Shown here: positions 13,110 through 25,975 of the stretch, one piece after another
How the letters are laid out: the number at the start of each line of letters is the position of its first letter
Position numbering within the stretch: the stretch's first letter is position 1
Origin: Squalus acanthias
Lineage: Eukaryota
NCBI GenBank assembly: GCA_030390025.1
Contig: JASTWF010000033.1
Span: forward strand, 6,450,001 to 6,514,000
Reading direction: 5' to 3'
Length of the DNA: 64,000 nt
The notes under the pieces: generated by a model
What the model was told of the DNA's origin: nothing
The model's database searches: none
Seen by the model: the letters and a program-made list of their open reading frames with translations, nothing else
Made by a program: the position numbers and the translations under genes

Positions 13110-14252
13110 CGCAGTCTCCCCTTGAAGCCTCTTCACATCCATTTGGTAACTGACACTGCGAATAAGCTCTGTGTCATCAGCAAATTTGGAAAAGTTACAT
13201 TAAGTCCCCTCATCCAAATCATTGATATCGATTGTGAATAGCTGGGGCCCAAGCACCGATCCTTGCGGTACACCACTAGTCACAGCCTGGCATCCTGATA
13301 ACGACTCGTTTATCTCTACTCTTTGTTTTTTGTCTTTTAATCAATTCTCAATCCATTCCATTATATTACCCCCAATTCCATGTGCCCTAATTTTGTTCAC
13401 CAACCTCTTGTGTGGGCCCGTATCGAAGGCCATCTGAAAATCCAAATACACAACATCTACCTGTTCCCCTTTGTCGACTCCACTACTTACATCCACAAAG
13501 AACTCCAAAGGGTTTGTCAAACAGGACTTCCCTTTCATAAATCCATGCTGACTTGCCCAATATTACTATCAGTTTCTAAGTGCCCTGTTATTGCATCCTT
13601 TATAATAGATTCCAGCATTTTACCAAGTACTGATGTGAGACTAGCACGTGTGTAGTTCCCCGTTTTCTCGCTTCCTCCTTTCTTAAATAGTGGGTGGAGG
13701 CTCCTGTGGAGCATAAATACTGGCATAACCTAGTCGGGCATGATGGCCTGTGTTGTGCTGTAAATTCTAAGGAGTTCTCCGTAACTTGAGTACAAATTAC
13801 TCACATTCATCAGTTAATTTAATCATTGCGGCTATTGAAGTGTTTTACTTATTGAAGCATTGCTCTATATATTACATTATTATCAATTTATTAATGCTAT
13901 TATTCACTGCCCCCGGTTTGATCTCTGTATTATGAAAACCGGATATGCATGTTCTTCAGTTATACGTGTCCCTCCTCGCAGGGACTCACCTCGAACGGTA
14001 AGATAATATAATTCAGCACTCATGACCCACAGATTCTCAGGACTGTATTGGGGAAGGGGATTAATCAGCACCAAAACAATTAAAGTGTTTAGAATAACTA
14101 TACATAGAATAAGAATCAGTCATTATACAGAGGATTTGAATACTGTAACACTGATGTCCTGCTGTTTACCTGTCAGTAATTAGTTAATATCTGTTTCAGT
14201 TGGTGCAGTTAAATTGGAAACAAAGCATTATCAATACATTTCACCTTATATA

Positions 14253-14745
14253 TGAACATAAGAACATAAGAAATAGGAGCAGGAGTAGGCCATACGGCCC
14301 CTCGAGCCAGCTCCGCCATTCAGTAAGATCATGGCTGATCATCGACCTCAAAAGCCCTTTCCTGCCCGAACTCCATATCCTTTGATTCCCCTAGAGTCCA
14401 AAAATCCATCTATCTCAGTCTTGAATATACTCAAAGACTCATATCACAGGCCTCTGGGGCAGATAATTCCAAAGTTTGACAACCCTCTAAGTGAAGAATA
14501 TCCTTCTCATCTCAGTCTTAAACGGCTGACCCCTTATCCTGAGACTATGTCCCCTAGTCCTAGACACTCCAACCAGGTGAAAGAACCTCTCAGCATCTAC
14601 CTTGTCAATCCCCTTCAGAATCTAGTATGTTTCAATGAGATCACCTCTCATTCTTCTAAACTGCAGAGAGTATCGGGCCATTCTACACAATCTCTCATCA
14701 TAGGACAGCCCTCTCATCCCAGGAATCAATCTCGTGAATCGGCGC
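14253..14745 (-). mobile_element. CR1 3' fragment
   Basis: Tail gaacataagaacataagaaataggagcaggagtaggcc plus RT C-terminus. Confidence 0.85.
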
Positions 14746-15346
14746 TGCAGCGCCTCATATTCTTATAACCAAACCACTTCAACAAACAGCAAAACTCTTC
14801 CCCTTTGCCACTGATTTCATTGGGAAAACACGAATGCAGCTCCCTGAAGGGATGAGATCAGTTATCAAAAACAATAATTTCATTTTTTTACCGACTTGTT
14901 CCACTCCGGTTCGTGACCCACACTCAGGACAGTTCTGCAGTAACAGATACTCCCAGTAATAAATGGCACCTGGGATGAGGTGTTCCACTCCGGTTAGTGC
15001 CCCACATTCAGTAGTTCTACACTGACAGTCCCTTACACTTATACCTTCTCTCAGAGAGTTGCTTACACTGAGGTCTGATTCAACAGTACACAATATTACA
15101 CTAAAGGCAATAATTTTATGACACAGCAAGCCCGTGAGTTACAAATTGAGTTTTACTTTCAGTTGAGGCAATGGAATAAAACCTCAGGTAATTCAGGACA
15201 TTTGAATAAAAAAAATGTTATCACTGATCGGGTATAGGTATAACGGTTGACCACTAGATCAGGATGTAACATTATCAGGCACAGAGCAAAACCAGAGACC
15301 AGCTCATACACAGATTTACACAACTTCAACGGTTATAATCACTTAC

Positions 15347-15413
15347 CAGGAACACCAATGACGGCAATGATCACGTAGTATATTTTCTCCACAATGTAAT
15401 ATTTGCCAGTCAT
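15347..15413 (-). pseudogene. First coding exon of the GPR139-like pseudogene
   Basis: MTGKYYIVEKIYYVIIAVIGVP + 1 nt, followed by GTAAGT donor. Phase 1 matches the acceptor phase seen in the paralogue at 51335, and the peptide is a typical TM1 start. Confidence 0.8.
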
Positions 15414-15929
15414 TTTCTGTGTGAAGCGATGCGTCCCTTCGTGCTGCAGGCAATCTCTCTGAATTAAACTCTGAGGCGGGACATTCTCACAGCCTTTCAT
15501 CTATACCCTGCGGGATCTCCACGGGGACATTGAGGTTCTAACATCACTGAAAATATCATTCAAAAAAACATTTGAACAAACAGATGACGACATGGAGTGA
15601 ATTCCCTGTTGTGATAGAATATACTTAGTGCTAATATTGACATTGAAAGCTCCAAAGACCGGTGAATTCTGAAACATGAATTAACTAATGGAAAATACCA
15701 GCTTTATTCTCCCAGCAATATGATTGTTGTTGCAAAAACCACCAGGCCCATCTCTAGACTTCATATTGTTTCGGTGATGCCCTTCAATCTGCTGTGGCCA
15801 TTCAGTAATACATCTCAAATGATAGATTGTCCTCTCAGGGCTGCCCTGCTGCACTCTGGGATGGGGTTGACCGCCTTAACTGTGGCCATTTTGTTAAACA
15901 ATGAACGTGCGGAATTTGTGCCGATGGTT

Positions 15930-16752
15930 CCTCAAACTAATACAGCCCCTCAAACTAATAGAGCACCTCAAACTAATACAGTACCTCAAACTACTACTGC
16001 TCCTCAAATGAATACACTCCCTCAAACTAATGCAGTATCTCAAAATAATACAGCCCCTCAAACTAATACAGACCCTCAAATTAATACAACCCCTCAAACT
16101 AATACAGTACCTCAAACAAATACAGCCCCTCAAACTAATACAGACCCTCAAACTAATACAACCCCTCAAACTAATACAGTACCTCAAACAAATACAGCCC
16201 CTCAAACTAATACAGACCCTCAAACTAATACAACCCCTCAAACTAATACAGTACCTCAAACAAATACTGTACCTCAAACTAATTCAGTACTTCAAAATAA
16301 TACAGCCCCTCAAACTAAGACAGCCCCTCAAACTAATACAGTACCTCAAACTAATACAGTACCTCAAACTAATACAGTACCTCAAACTAATAGAGTATCT
16401 CAAACTAATACACCCACTCAAATTAATACAGTACCTCAAACTAATACAGCCCCTCAAACTAATCCAGTACCTCAAACTAATACAGACCCTCAAACTAATA
16501 CAGCCCCTAAAACTAATACAGCCGCTCAAACTAATACAACCCCTCAAACTGATACAGTACCTCAAACTAATACAGTACCTCAAATTAATGCAGCCCCTCA
16601 AACTAATACATTACCTCAAACTAATACAGACCCTCAAACTAATACAGGCCCTCAAACTAATACAGCCCCTCAAACTAATCCAGTACCTCAAACTAATACA
16701 GACCCTCATACTAATACAGCCCCTCAAACTAAGACAGTACCTCAAACTAATC
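15930..16752. repeat. 18-bp minisatellite, ~45 copies
   Basis: Unit cctcaaactaatacag(ta/cc/ac). Confidence 0.95.
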
Positions 16753-16759
16753 CACCAAT

Positions 16760-17790
16760 CAAAGCACCCGCACGAAGCAATGCTCCATCCTGATCAAACT
16801 TTCATCTTTCCAAGCGCTGCTGTCAGCAGCGCATCATTCGGTACAGCGATACAAAATACACTTCCTTGTCTTCTGTAAAATGCCTGCTGTTTCAAAGTCA
16901 GCAGGAAATTACATTTGGAACTAGGCACTTTAAATGTTTACATGCCCAAATTTAACTGCAGCTCACACTGTCAGAACAGTCACGTTTATCCTGAGCATTA
17001 AGATATTCATGAAACTCAGATGGATATCTGAGACATACACACAAAAACAGAGCACGCACACATGTCTGTGTTTGTGTGTGTGTGTTTGAGTCTTTGTCTC
17101 AAGCACTGCATAACCATTTCCTCTACAATGTCCTTGATATTATAATGCTGAGTATTTAATTCCCCGACTGCTTGTCTCTGTCTGTCTGTCTGTCTCTCTC
17201 TGTGTCTCTGAGTAAAGCACAGAAGGAAATAGATTGCAAATGGCTGCCTACTCGCACTTGGTGCTTTGGTTTCGCGAACATGTATTTTGTGTTCTCGCCT
17301 AATAAAAATGTCATTTTTTACGGACAGTTTGCCTGGCGTGAAAGTGATCAGAATTTCAAAGCAGCAATGAGGAAAGACTGTGTTGCTCTGTTTGCTGTCA
17401 GGATACTTGCTGCAGCTTCCCTGGTGATAACGTGGTTAGGATTCGGCGCTTTTACCGCCGCGGCCCGGGTTCGGTTCCTGGGCAGGAAACAGTGCGTTTT
17501 GGGGCTGTTGGAAATGCCACCACTCAAAGCTACCGCGCGAAGCAATGCTCGCTCCTGATCAAACTTTAAGCTTTCTACAGCGCTGCTGCTGCCTCAACAG
17601 TCAGCAGCGCATCATTCGATACAGCGATACAAAATACACTTCCTTGCCTTCTGTAAAATGGTGCTGTTTCAAAGTCAGCAGGAAATGACATTTCGAACTA
17701 GTGACTTTAAATGTTTACATACCCACATTTAATTGCAATTCACATTGTCAGAACAGTCATGCTTATCCTGAGCATTAAGATATTCATTAG
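16760..17790 (+). repeat. ~250-bp direct duplication (16760-17010 / 17526-17790), tRNA-Glu downstream flank
   Basis: Shared gaagcaatgctc..cctgatcaaacttt..cagcagcgcatcattcg..gagcattaagatattcat. Confidence 0.85.
17418..17489 (+). tRNA. tRNA-Glu-derived pseudogene (anticodon loop reads TTT)
   Basis: tccctggtg..gtggttaggattcggcgcttttaccgccgcggcccgggttcg matches vertebrate tRNA-Glu; D and acceptor stems are mismatched. Confidence 0.85.
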
Positions 17791-17794
17791 GCCT

Positions 17795-18040
17795 GAGCAC
17801 TTGCTGCGTAAGAAAATCCTCCTAATCTCCCCTCTGGGTCTTTTGCTGGTTATCTTCAATCGGTTTCCTCTGGTTACCGACCCTCCTGCCACTGGAAACC
17901 GTTTCTCCTTATTTCGTCTATCAAAACCCCTTGTAATTTTGAAAGCTTTTATTAAATTTCCTCTTAACCTTCTGAGAAATATAATCCCAGCTTCTCAAGT
18001 CTCTCAACATAACTGAAGTCCCTCATCCCTGGGACCAGCC
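17795..18040 (-). mobile_element. CR1 RT C-terminal fragment
   Basis: LVPGMRDFSYVERLEKLGL. Confidence 0.75.
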
Positions 18041-18050
18041 TCTTCATGTG

Positions 18051-18094
18051 GGACTTTGAATCCAGTGATCTGAGTTTAAATGTCGGAGGAACCT
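18051..18094 (+). tRNA. 3' part of a tRNA-Gln(TTG) pseudogene, 5' end lost at a CR1 junction
   Basis: ggactttgaatccagtgatctgagtttaaatgtcggaggaacct. Confidence 0.75.
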
Positions 18095-18722
18095 GAATTC
18101 TCGTTGTCCTGGCTGTGGAATATTTGGGACAAACAAGGAAATGGCGCCTGGGAACCAATCGTTGCTCTGGGCAGTTTGCTGCCTCAATCAATGAGGATTG
18201 ATCTCCTCGTCTAGATGTCAAATCATAAGCTCATCCTGTCTGTCCCTGTTCCAAATCAGCGGAAGAGAAAGTTGTTTGTTGTCCAATGCAGCGTCTGCCT
18301 GCACAACATCATGGTGTTTGCTGAACTTCTCTTTGTAATCTGCACTCAGACGGCAGACTTGTCGAGATTCAAATTAGTGCTTCATGAAATGCAGTCATTG
18401 CAGGTATTGTGTTCTCGCACTCGAGCAAAGTTTACATTGTCTTTTCACGCCAAGCTTTGTGCATCAGTTCCTTGCAATGCTTATACACTTTCTATTTGAT
18501 AAGACTGTATTACAAGCTGTGCTTTGCTGTGTGAAACAGAAGCAGCGACTTGAGAACCGACAGCCTTGACGGCAGCTGTTGATTTGCTGAGCATCGATAC
18601 TTAGCAGAGGGGAAAGTGGGGAAACTGAAGTTATGGATGAGGAAATGTCGAGCCAAAATTGAATGATGGAGATAAAATTGTCCAGTGCTTGTTGTTTTGT
18701 TGGTGGGCGAGGTTTGCAAGTA

Positions 18723-20038
18723 TAACAAGGAATATTCAGTATGGATTTCCAAAAGGAAAGAATTGCTTGACCTCATTCAATTTTTGAAGATGTAACAGAG
18801 AGAGTAGACAATGGAAATGTAGCAGATTCAATGTATCTAGATTTTCAAAAGTCCTTTGATAAGGTACACCATAATAGACTGATGAACAAAGTCAGAGAAA
18901 GCGGAGTCATGGGACAGGTAGCAGAATGGATTGCTGGCTGCCTTCAATACAGAAAGCAGAGTGTAGGGGTAAAGGGTAGCTATTCACAGTCGAAGAAGGT
19001 GGGAAGTGGAGTTCCACAAGGATCACTGCTGGGACCACTGCTGTTGACAATTTACATTAACGGTTTAGACTTTGGAATCAAAAAGACAATTTCTAAATTT
19101 GGAGATGACACCAAATTGGAGGGGATATTCAATACTGAGGAGGACTGCAACAAATTACAGGAGGACATTAATAAACTTGCAGAATGGGCATATAATTGCC
19201 CAATGAAGTTCAACACAGATAAATGTGAGGTATTACGGGTTGCTCGGAAGAATAGGGAGGTTACTTATTACTTGGAGGGTGCGAATCTATGTTGGGTACA
19301 GGAACAAAGGGATCTCGGAGCAAAAATACAAAAACCACTAAAAGTTGCGACACAGGTTAGCAAAGCCATACGAAAGCCATCCAAGCACTCGGGTTTATTT
19401 CTAGAGGTATATAATTGAATAGTAGGGAAGTTATGCTAAACCTGCATCGAACCTTGGTTAGACCACACTTAGAGTACTGCGTACAGTTCTGGTCGCAATA
19501 TTATAAAAAGGATATAGAGGCACTGGAGAGAGTGCAGAGACGGTTAACAAGAATGATACCTGAAATGGGATGGTATACATATCACGAAAGGATTAAAAGG
19601 CTGGGTCTCTTTTCTTAGAAAAAAGAAGGCTGAGGGTTGACCTAATATAAGTTTTTAAAATAAAGAAATGTTTTGATGGAGTGGATACAGAGAGACTGTT
19701 TCAACTTGTCGGAGGAGAATAACTGAAGGCCATCACTATAAGGTAGTAACCAAGAAATCCAATTGGGAACTCAGAAGAAACTTCTTTACCCAAACAGTGA
19801 TGAGAATGTGGAACTGGCAACCACAGGGAGTGGTTGAAGCGAATAGTATAGATGCGTTTAAGGGGAGGCTAGACAAGCATATGAGGGAGAAGGGAACAGA
19901 AGTTTACGCTGAAAGATTTGGATGAGGAAAGACGGGAGGAGGCTCGAGTGCAGCATAACCGCCAGCATGGACTGGTTGGGCGGAATGGCCTGTTTCTGTG
20001 CCGTATATCCTGTGTAAACCTGTGTAATAATATGTAAT
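18723..20038 (+). mobile_element. 5'-truncated CR1
   Basis: YLDFQKSFDKV..SGVPQGSLLGPLL..KFGDDTKL; RPHLEYCVQFWS; 3' tail at ~19930-20035. Confidence 0.9.
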
Positions 20039-20074
20039 GTAGCCATGAAGGAGGGCAGCAATGTATCGTCATTG

Positions 20075-23000
20075 CAGCGCTGATCCTCGTCACGAAATCC
20101 GCTCCCTAGCCACCAACTCCTTCCCTATCCCTGGCCACAGTCTGAGGTTAAACCAATATGTTAGCAATTGGTGTCATGTTTCAGCCCGAGATGAGCTCCG
20201 ATAACCTAACCGCTCCATCACCATCCCGCCGACTTCCACCTCTGTTAAATTGCCCAGCTCTGCCCGTGACTCTTGATCCGCTGCTGAAACCATCCTCCCT
20301 GCCTTTGTTAACTCAAGACTTTCCTATTCCATCTCTCTCCTGGGTGGATTTCATCTTCCACCGTCCAAAAACTTGAGGTCATCCAAACCTCTGCTGCTTT
20401 AACTCGCAGCAAGTCCCATTCACCCATCACCCCGGTAATCCAGCAAGTCCCATTCACCCATCACCCCGGTGCAACAGCAAGTCCCATTCACCCATCACCC
20501 CGGTGCAACAGCAAGTCCCATTCACTCATCACCCGTGTAATCCACCAAGTCCCATTCACCCATCACCCCGGTACTCCAGCAAGTCCCATTCACCCATCAC
20601 CCCGGTACTCCAGCAAGTCCCATTCACCCATCACCCCGGTACTCCAGCAAGTCCCATTCACCCATCACCCCGGTACTCCAGCAAGTCCCATTCACCCATC
20701 ACCCCGGTACTCCAGCAAGTCCCATTCACCCATCACCCCAGTACTCCAGCAAGTCCCATTCACCCATCACCCCAGTACTCCAGCAAGTCCCATTCACCCA
20801 TCACCCCGGTGCAACAGCAAGTCCCATTCCCCCATCACCCCAGTACTCCAGCAAGTCCCATTCACCCATCACCCCAGTACTCCAGCAAGTCCCATTCACC
20901 CATCACCCCAGTACTCCAGCAAGTCCCATTCACCCATCACCCCGGTGCAACAGCAAGTCCCAGTCACCCATCACCCCGGTAATCCAGCAAGTCCCATTCA
21001 CCCATCACCCCAGTACTCCAGCAAGTCCCATTCACCCATCACCCCGGTGCAACAGCAAGTCCCATTCACCCATCACCCCGGTAATCCAGCAAGTCCCATT
21101 CACCCATCACCCCAGTACTCCAGCAAGTCCCATTCACCCATCACCCCGGTGCAACAGCAAGTCCCATTCACCCATCACCTCGGTACTCCAGCAAGTCCCA
21201 TTCACCCAACACCCCGGTGCAACAGCAAGTCCCATTCACCCATAACCCCTTTAATCCAGCGAGTCCCATTCACCCATCACCCCGGTACTCCAGCAAGTCC
21301 CATTCACCCATCACCCCAGTACTCCAGCAAGTCCCATTCACCCATCACCCCGGTGCAACAGCAAGTCCCATTCACTCATCACCCCGGTACTCCAGCAAGT
21401 CCCATTCACCCATAACCCCGGTACTCCAGCAAGTCCCATTCACCCATCACCCCGGTGCAACAGCAAGTCCCATTCACCCATCACCCCGGTAATCCAGCAA
21501 GTCCCATTCACCCATCACCCCGGTGCAACAGCAAGTCCCATTCACCCATCACCCCAGTACTCCAGCAAGTCCCATTCACCCATCAACCCGGTGCAACAGC
21601 AAGTCCCATTCACCCATCACCTCGGTACTCCAGCAAGTCCCATTCACCCATCACCTCGGTACTCCAGCAAGTCCCATTCACCCATCACCCCGGTGCAACA
21701 GCAAGTCCCATTCACCCATAACCCCTGTAATCCAGCAAGTCCCATTCACCCATCACCCCGGTGCAACAGCAAGTCCCATTCACCCATCACCCCGGTACTC
21801 CAGCAAGTCCCATTCACCCATCACCCCAGTACTCCAGCAAGTCCCATTCACCCATCACCCCGGTGCAACAGCAAGTCCCATTCACCCATCACCCCGGTAA
21901 TCCAGCAAGTCCCATTCCCCCATCACCCCAGTACTCCAGCAAGTCCCATTCACCCATCACCCCGGTGCAACAGCAAGTCCCATTCACCCATCACCCCGGT
22001 ACTCCAGCAAGTCCCATTCACCCATAACCCCTTTAATCCAGCAAGTCCCATTCACCCATCACCCCGGTGCAACAGCAAGTCCCATTCACCCATCACCCCG
22101 GTACTCCAGCAAGTCCCATTCACCCATCACCCCGGTACAACAGCAAGTCCCATTCACCCATCACACCGGTACTCCAGCAAGTGCCATTCACCCATCACCC
22201 CGGTAATCCAGCAAGTCCCATTCACCCATCACCCCGGTACTCCAGCAAGTCCCATTCACCCATCACACCGGTACTCCAGCAAGTCCCATTCACCCATCAC
22301 CCCGATGCAACAGCAAGTCCCAGTCACCCAAATCCCCGGTGCAAGAGCAAGTCCCATTCACCCATCACCCCGGTACACCAGCAAGTCCCATTCAACCATC
22401 ACCCGGTACTCCAGTAAGTCCCCATCACCCATCACCCGGTACTCCAGCAAGTCCCCATCATCCATCACCCCGGTACAACAGCAAGTCCCATTCCCCCATC
22501 ACCCCGGTACAACAGCAAGTCCCATTCACCCATCATCCCGGTACTCCACCAAGTCACATTCACCCATCACACCGGTACTCCAGCAAGTTCCATTCACCCA
22601 TTACCCCGGTAATCCAGCAAGTCCCATTCACTCATCACCCCGGTACTCCAGCCAATCCCATTCACCCATCATCCCGGTACTCCAGCAAGTTCCATTCAAC
22701 CATCACCCCGGTACTCCAGCAAGTCCCATTCCCCCATCACCCCGGTACTCCAGCGAGTCCCATTCACCCATCACCCCGGTACTCCAGCAAGTCCCATTCA
22801 CGCATCACCTCGGTACACCAGCAAGTCCCATTCAACCATCACCCGGTACTCCAGTAAGTCCCCATCACCCATCACCCGGTACTCCAGCAAGTCCCCATCA
22901 TCCATCACCCCGGTACAACAGCAAGTCCCATTCCCCCATCACCCCGGTACAACAGCAAGTCCCATTCACCCATCATCCCGGTTATCCAGCAAGTCCCAAT

Positions 23001-24100
23001 CACCCAACACCCCGGTACAACAGCAAGTCCCATTCACCCATCACCCCGGTACTCCAGCAAGTCCCCATCACCCATCACCCCGGGACAACAGCAAGTCCCC
23101 ATCACCCATCACCCCGGTACTCCAGCGAGTCCCATTCACCCATCACCCCGGTACTCCAGCAAGTCCCATTCACCCATCACCCAGTACTCCAGCAAGTCCC
23201 ATTCACCCATCACCCCGGTGCAACAGCAAGTCCCATTCACCCATCACCCCGATGCTCCAGCAAGTCCCAATCACCCAACACCACGGTACAACAGCAAGTC
23301 CCATTCACCCATCACCCCGGGACTCCAGTAATTCCCATTCACCCATCACCCAGTACTCCAGCAAGTCCCCATCACCCATCACCCCGGGACAACAGCAAGT
23401 CCCATTCACCCATCACCCCGGTACTCCAGCAAGTCCCATTCACCCATCACCCCGGTACTCCAGCCAATCCTATTCACCCATCACCCCGGTACTCCAACAA
23501 GTCCCATTCACCCATCAACCCGGTCCTCCAGCCAATCCCATTCACCCATCACCCCGGTAATACAGCAAGTCCCATTCACCCATCACCCCGGTACTCCAGC
23601 AAATCCCATTCACCCATCACCGGGACAACAGCAAGTCTCCATCACCCATCAACCCGTTGCTCGATGACATAAATTGGTTACAGGTCCACCTACACCACAA
23701 CTTACAAGTTTTCTTCATTTTTCAAATCCCCCCAAGGCCCCGCCCCTCCCAATCTCTCTAACCTCCTCCAGCGCCACAACCCTCCGAGATCTCTGCGTTC
23801 CTCTAATTCTGGCCTCCTGCGCATCCTCGATTTTAATCACTTCAAAATTGGCTGCAGTGCCTTCAGCTGCTGAGGCCCTAAACTCTGGAATTCCCTCCCT
23901 AAACCTCTCCGCCTATCTCTCCACTCTCTCCTCTCCTTTAAGGCGCTCCATAAACCTACCTCTTTTACCAATTTTCGATCATCTGTGCTAATAATTGCTT
24001 TCATGGCTCGGTGTCACAATGTTTTTCAGAACGCTCCAGTGAAGCGACTTGGGACGGTCTACGCCGGTAAAGGTGCTATATTGATGCAAGTTGTTGTTGT
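20075..24100 (+). mobile_element. L2 LINE 3' fragment hosting an internal 34-bp expansion
   Basis: L2-like sequence at 20075-20405 and 23655-24100 (ccctcccaatctctctaacctcctccag..., gttgttgttg tail) is collinear across the array. Confidence 0.8.
20406..23655. repeat. 34-bp minisatellite, ~95 copies
   Basis: Unit cagcaagtcccattcacccatcaccccggt(actc/gcaa/aatc). Confidence 0.98.
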
Positions 24101-24157
24101 TTTTGATAAAGAGGCGCGTTTCTTTGCATGGTATGCCCCCAAGGGGGCTTCGGCCTC

Positions 24158-24228
24158 TGTTCCATGTTGTAATGATGAGCACGTTGGCTTTAAATCCAGC
24201 GATCCGAGTTCAAATCTCAATGAAAACT
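24158..24228 (+). tRNA. Degenerate tRNA-Gln pseudogene
   Basis: tgttccatgttgtaatgatgagcac...aatccagcgatccgagttcaaatctc; anticodon arm corrupted. Confidence 0.75.
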
Positions 24229-24499
24229 GTTTTGTGTCAATCTCTGTGTTTAACATGTAAATGCAGACATTTTTTTAAAACTGCCGACAGATCGATTCTA
24301 GACTAAAACTTTCCAAAATCTTCCAGCCACCGCAGCTGCTGCTGCAATTCATGTCACTGGGGCTGTTAGTCCAGCTCTTTGCACAATGGCAGAGTTTTGC
24401 TGTTGGCTGAGATAGTTCACTTTTCAGTTGAAGCGATGCATCTTTTTGGGTCAGACGACAAGTACCACTGAATTGGTGTCAAAATAGATTCCAACGGAA

Positions 24500-24672
24500 A
24501 AATACTGCCGAAGCTGGACATCTAAACAAAAACAAAAAATGCTGGAAATATTTAGCAGGTCAGGCAGCATCAGTGGAAAGAGAAACAGATTTGTGAAGAA
24601 ATTCACCTGAAACGTTAATTCTGTTTCTTTCTGCTTAGATGCTGCCTGACCAGCTGAGCATTTCCAACATTG
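24500..24672. mobile_element. Second fold-back Penelope-like terminal-repeat fragment
   Basis: aatgctggaaatatttagcaggtcaggcagcatc / gatgctgcctgaccagctgagcatttccaacatt; same family as 170-556. Confidence 0.7.
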
Positions 24673-24744
24673 ACAGAAACGATTCCTCTGGTTGTATACG
24701 GTAGCAGAGATTGAGAAACAGAGTTGTCTCGAGCAGCGGGTGTG

Positions 24745-24816
24745 TGTTCCATGGTGTAATGGTGAGCACTCTGGACTTTGAATCCTGTGATCTGAGTTTA
24801 AATCTCGGTGGAACCT
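24745..24816 (+). tRNA. tRNA-Gln(TTG), probably a pseudogene
   Basis: tgttccatggtgtaatggtgagcactctggactttgaatcctgtgatctgagtttaaatctcggtggaacct; B-box TTC>TTT and an anticodon-stem mismatch; T-run follows. Confidence 0.85.
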
Positions 24817-25454
24817 GAATTATTTTTGTCCCAGCTGTTGGAGAATGCAGTACAAACAAGTAAAAGACACCTGAGCCAATCTCTGCTGCTGGGCAGTTTG
24901 CTGCCAGAATCAATGAGGATTGAGCTCCTTGTTTAGTTGTCAAATCACAATTTTCCTGTTCCAACTCAGCGTAAGAGACAGTTTGTTCATCAATGCAGCG
25001 TCTGACTGCACAACAGAACGCTGTTTGCTGAACTTCTCTTTGCAATCTGCATTCAGCAGGTGGACTTGTACAAGTTCCAAGCAGCGCTTCTTGAAATGCA
25101 GGCACCGCATGTATTGTCTTCTCGCACTCGAGCAAAGTTTACATTCTCTTTTCAAGCTCTGTGCATCAGTCAGTGCCTTTCAATGCTTATACACTTTCTA
25201 TCTGATAAGTCTGTAATACAAGCTGTGCTTTGCAGTGTGAAACAGAAGCAGCGACTTGAGGACCGATAGCCTTGACGGCAGCTGTGTGATTTGCTCAGCA
25301 TCGACACTTAGCAGAGGGACAAGTGTTGAATCTGAAGGAAAGAATGAGGAAAGGCCGAGCCAAAGTGAAATGGCGGAGACAAAATTTCCAGTGCTTGCAA
25401 TTTTGCTGTTGGGAGAGGTTTGCAAGTAGACTTGAGGGGGCAGCGATGTATCGC

Positions 25455-25975
25455 CATTGAGTGCTGGTCCCCGCCACAGACACCTTTCCCTCGCCACCGA
25501 TTGCATCCCTCTCCCTGACCACTCTCTGAGTCTGAACCAGACAGTTCACAAACTTGGTGTCGCATTTGACCCCGAGATGAGCTTCCGATAACATATCCGC
25601 TCCATCACCAAAATCGCCTACTTCCATCTCCGTAACATCACCCGACTCCGCTTCTGCCTCAGCTGATCAGCTGCTGAACCCCTCAGCCATGCCTTTCCAA
25701 CCTCAAGACTTTGCTATTCCAACACTGTCCTAGCCGAGCTTCCATCTTCCACACATCAAAAGATTGAGCTCATGGAAACCTCTGTATCCTAACTTGCAGC
25801 AAGACCCGTTCTCACATCACTCCTGTGCTCGCTGACCTAACTGGGCGAGGCTTGCAAGTAGCCTTGAGCGGGCAGCGATGTATCGCCATTGATTGCTGGT
25901 CCCCGTTACAAACAGCGTTCCCGAGCCACCGACTCCATCCCTATCCCTGGCCACTGTCTGAGGCTGAAGCAGACT
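25455..25975 (+). mobile_element. L2 fragment(s) with a local partial duplication
   Basis: accaaaatcgcctacttccatctccgtaacatc (TKIAYFHLRNI); ~25845-25975 repeats ~25413-25545. Confidence 0.75.

Larger units (their letters stand above)
7770..13692 (-). mobile_element. Older CR1 RT fragment (7770-8615 plus 13112-13692) split by a younger CR1
   Basis: 3' tail at 7770-7860; RT sequence breaks at ctcactgagcctgtt (8615) and resumes at ~13112 (cccttgaagcctc...gtcatcagcaaatttgg). Confidence 0.85.

Noticed and set aside
13990..14023. Mini-exon MSAELYYLTVR + GTGAGT on the minus strand
   Set aside because: Too short and unlike the family TM1; plausible by chance
15720..16878. Mucin-like PQTNTA and LKLIQ repeat ORFs
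   Set aside because: Products of an 18-bp tandem repeat; no splice or domain support
21591..23672. 693-aa Pro/His/Ser-rich ORF and overlapping ORFs
   Set aside because: Translation artefact of the 34-bp L2-derived minisatellite; several frames are open
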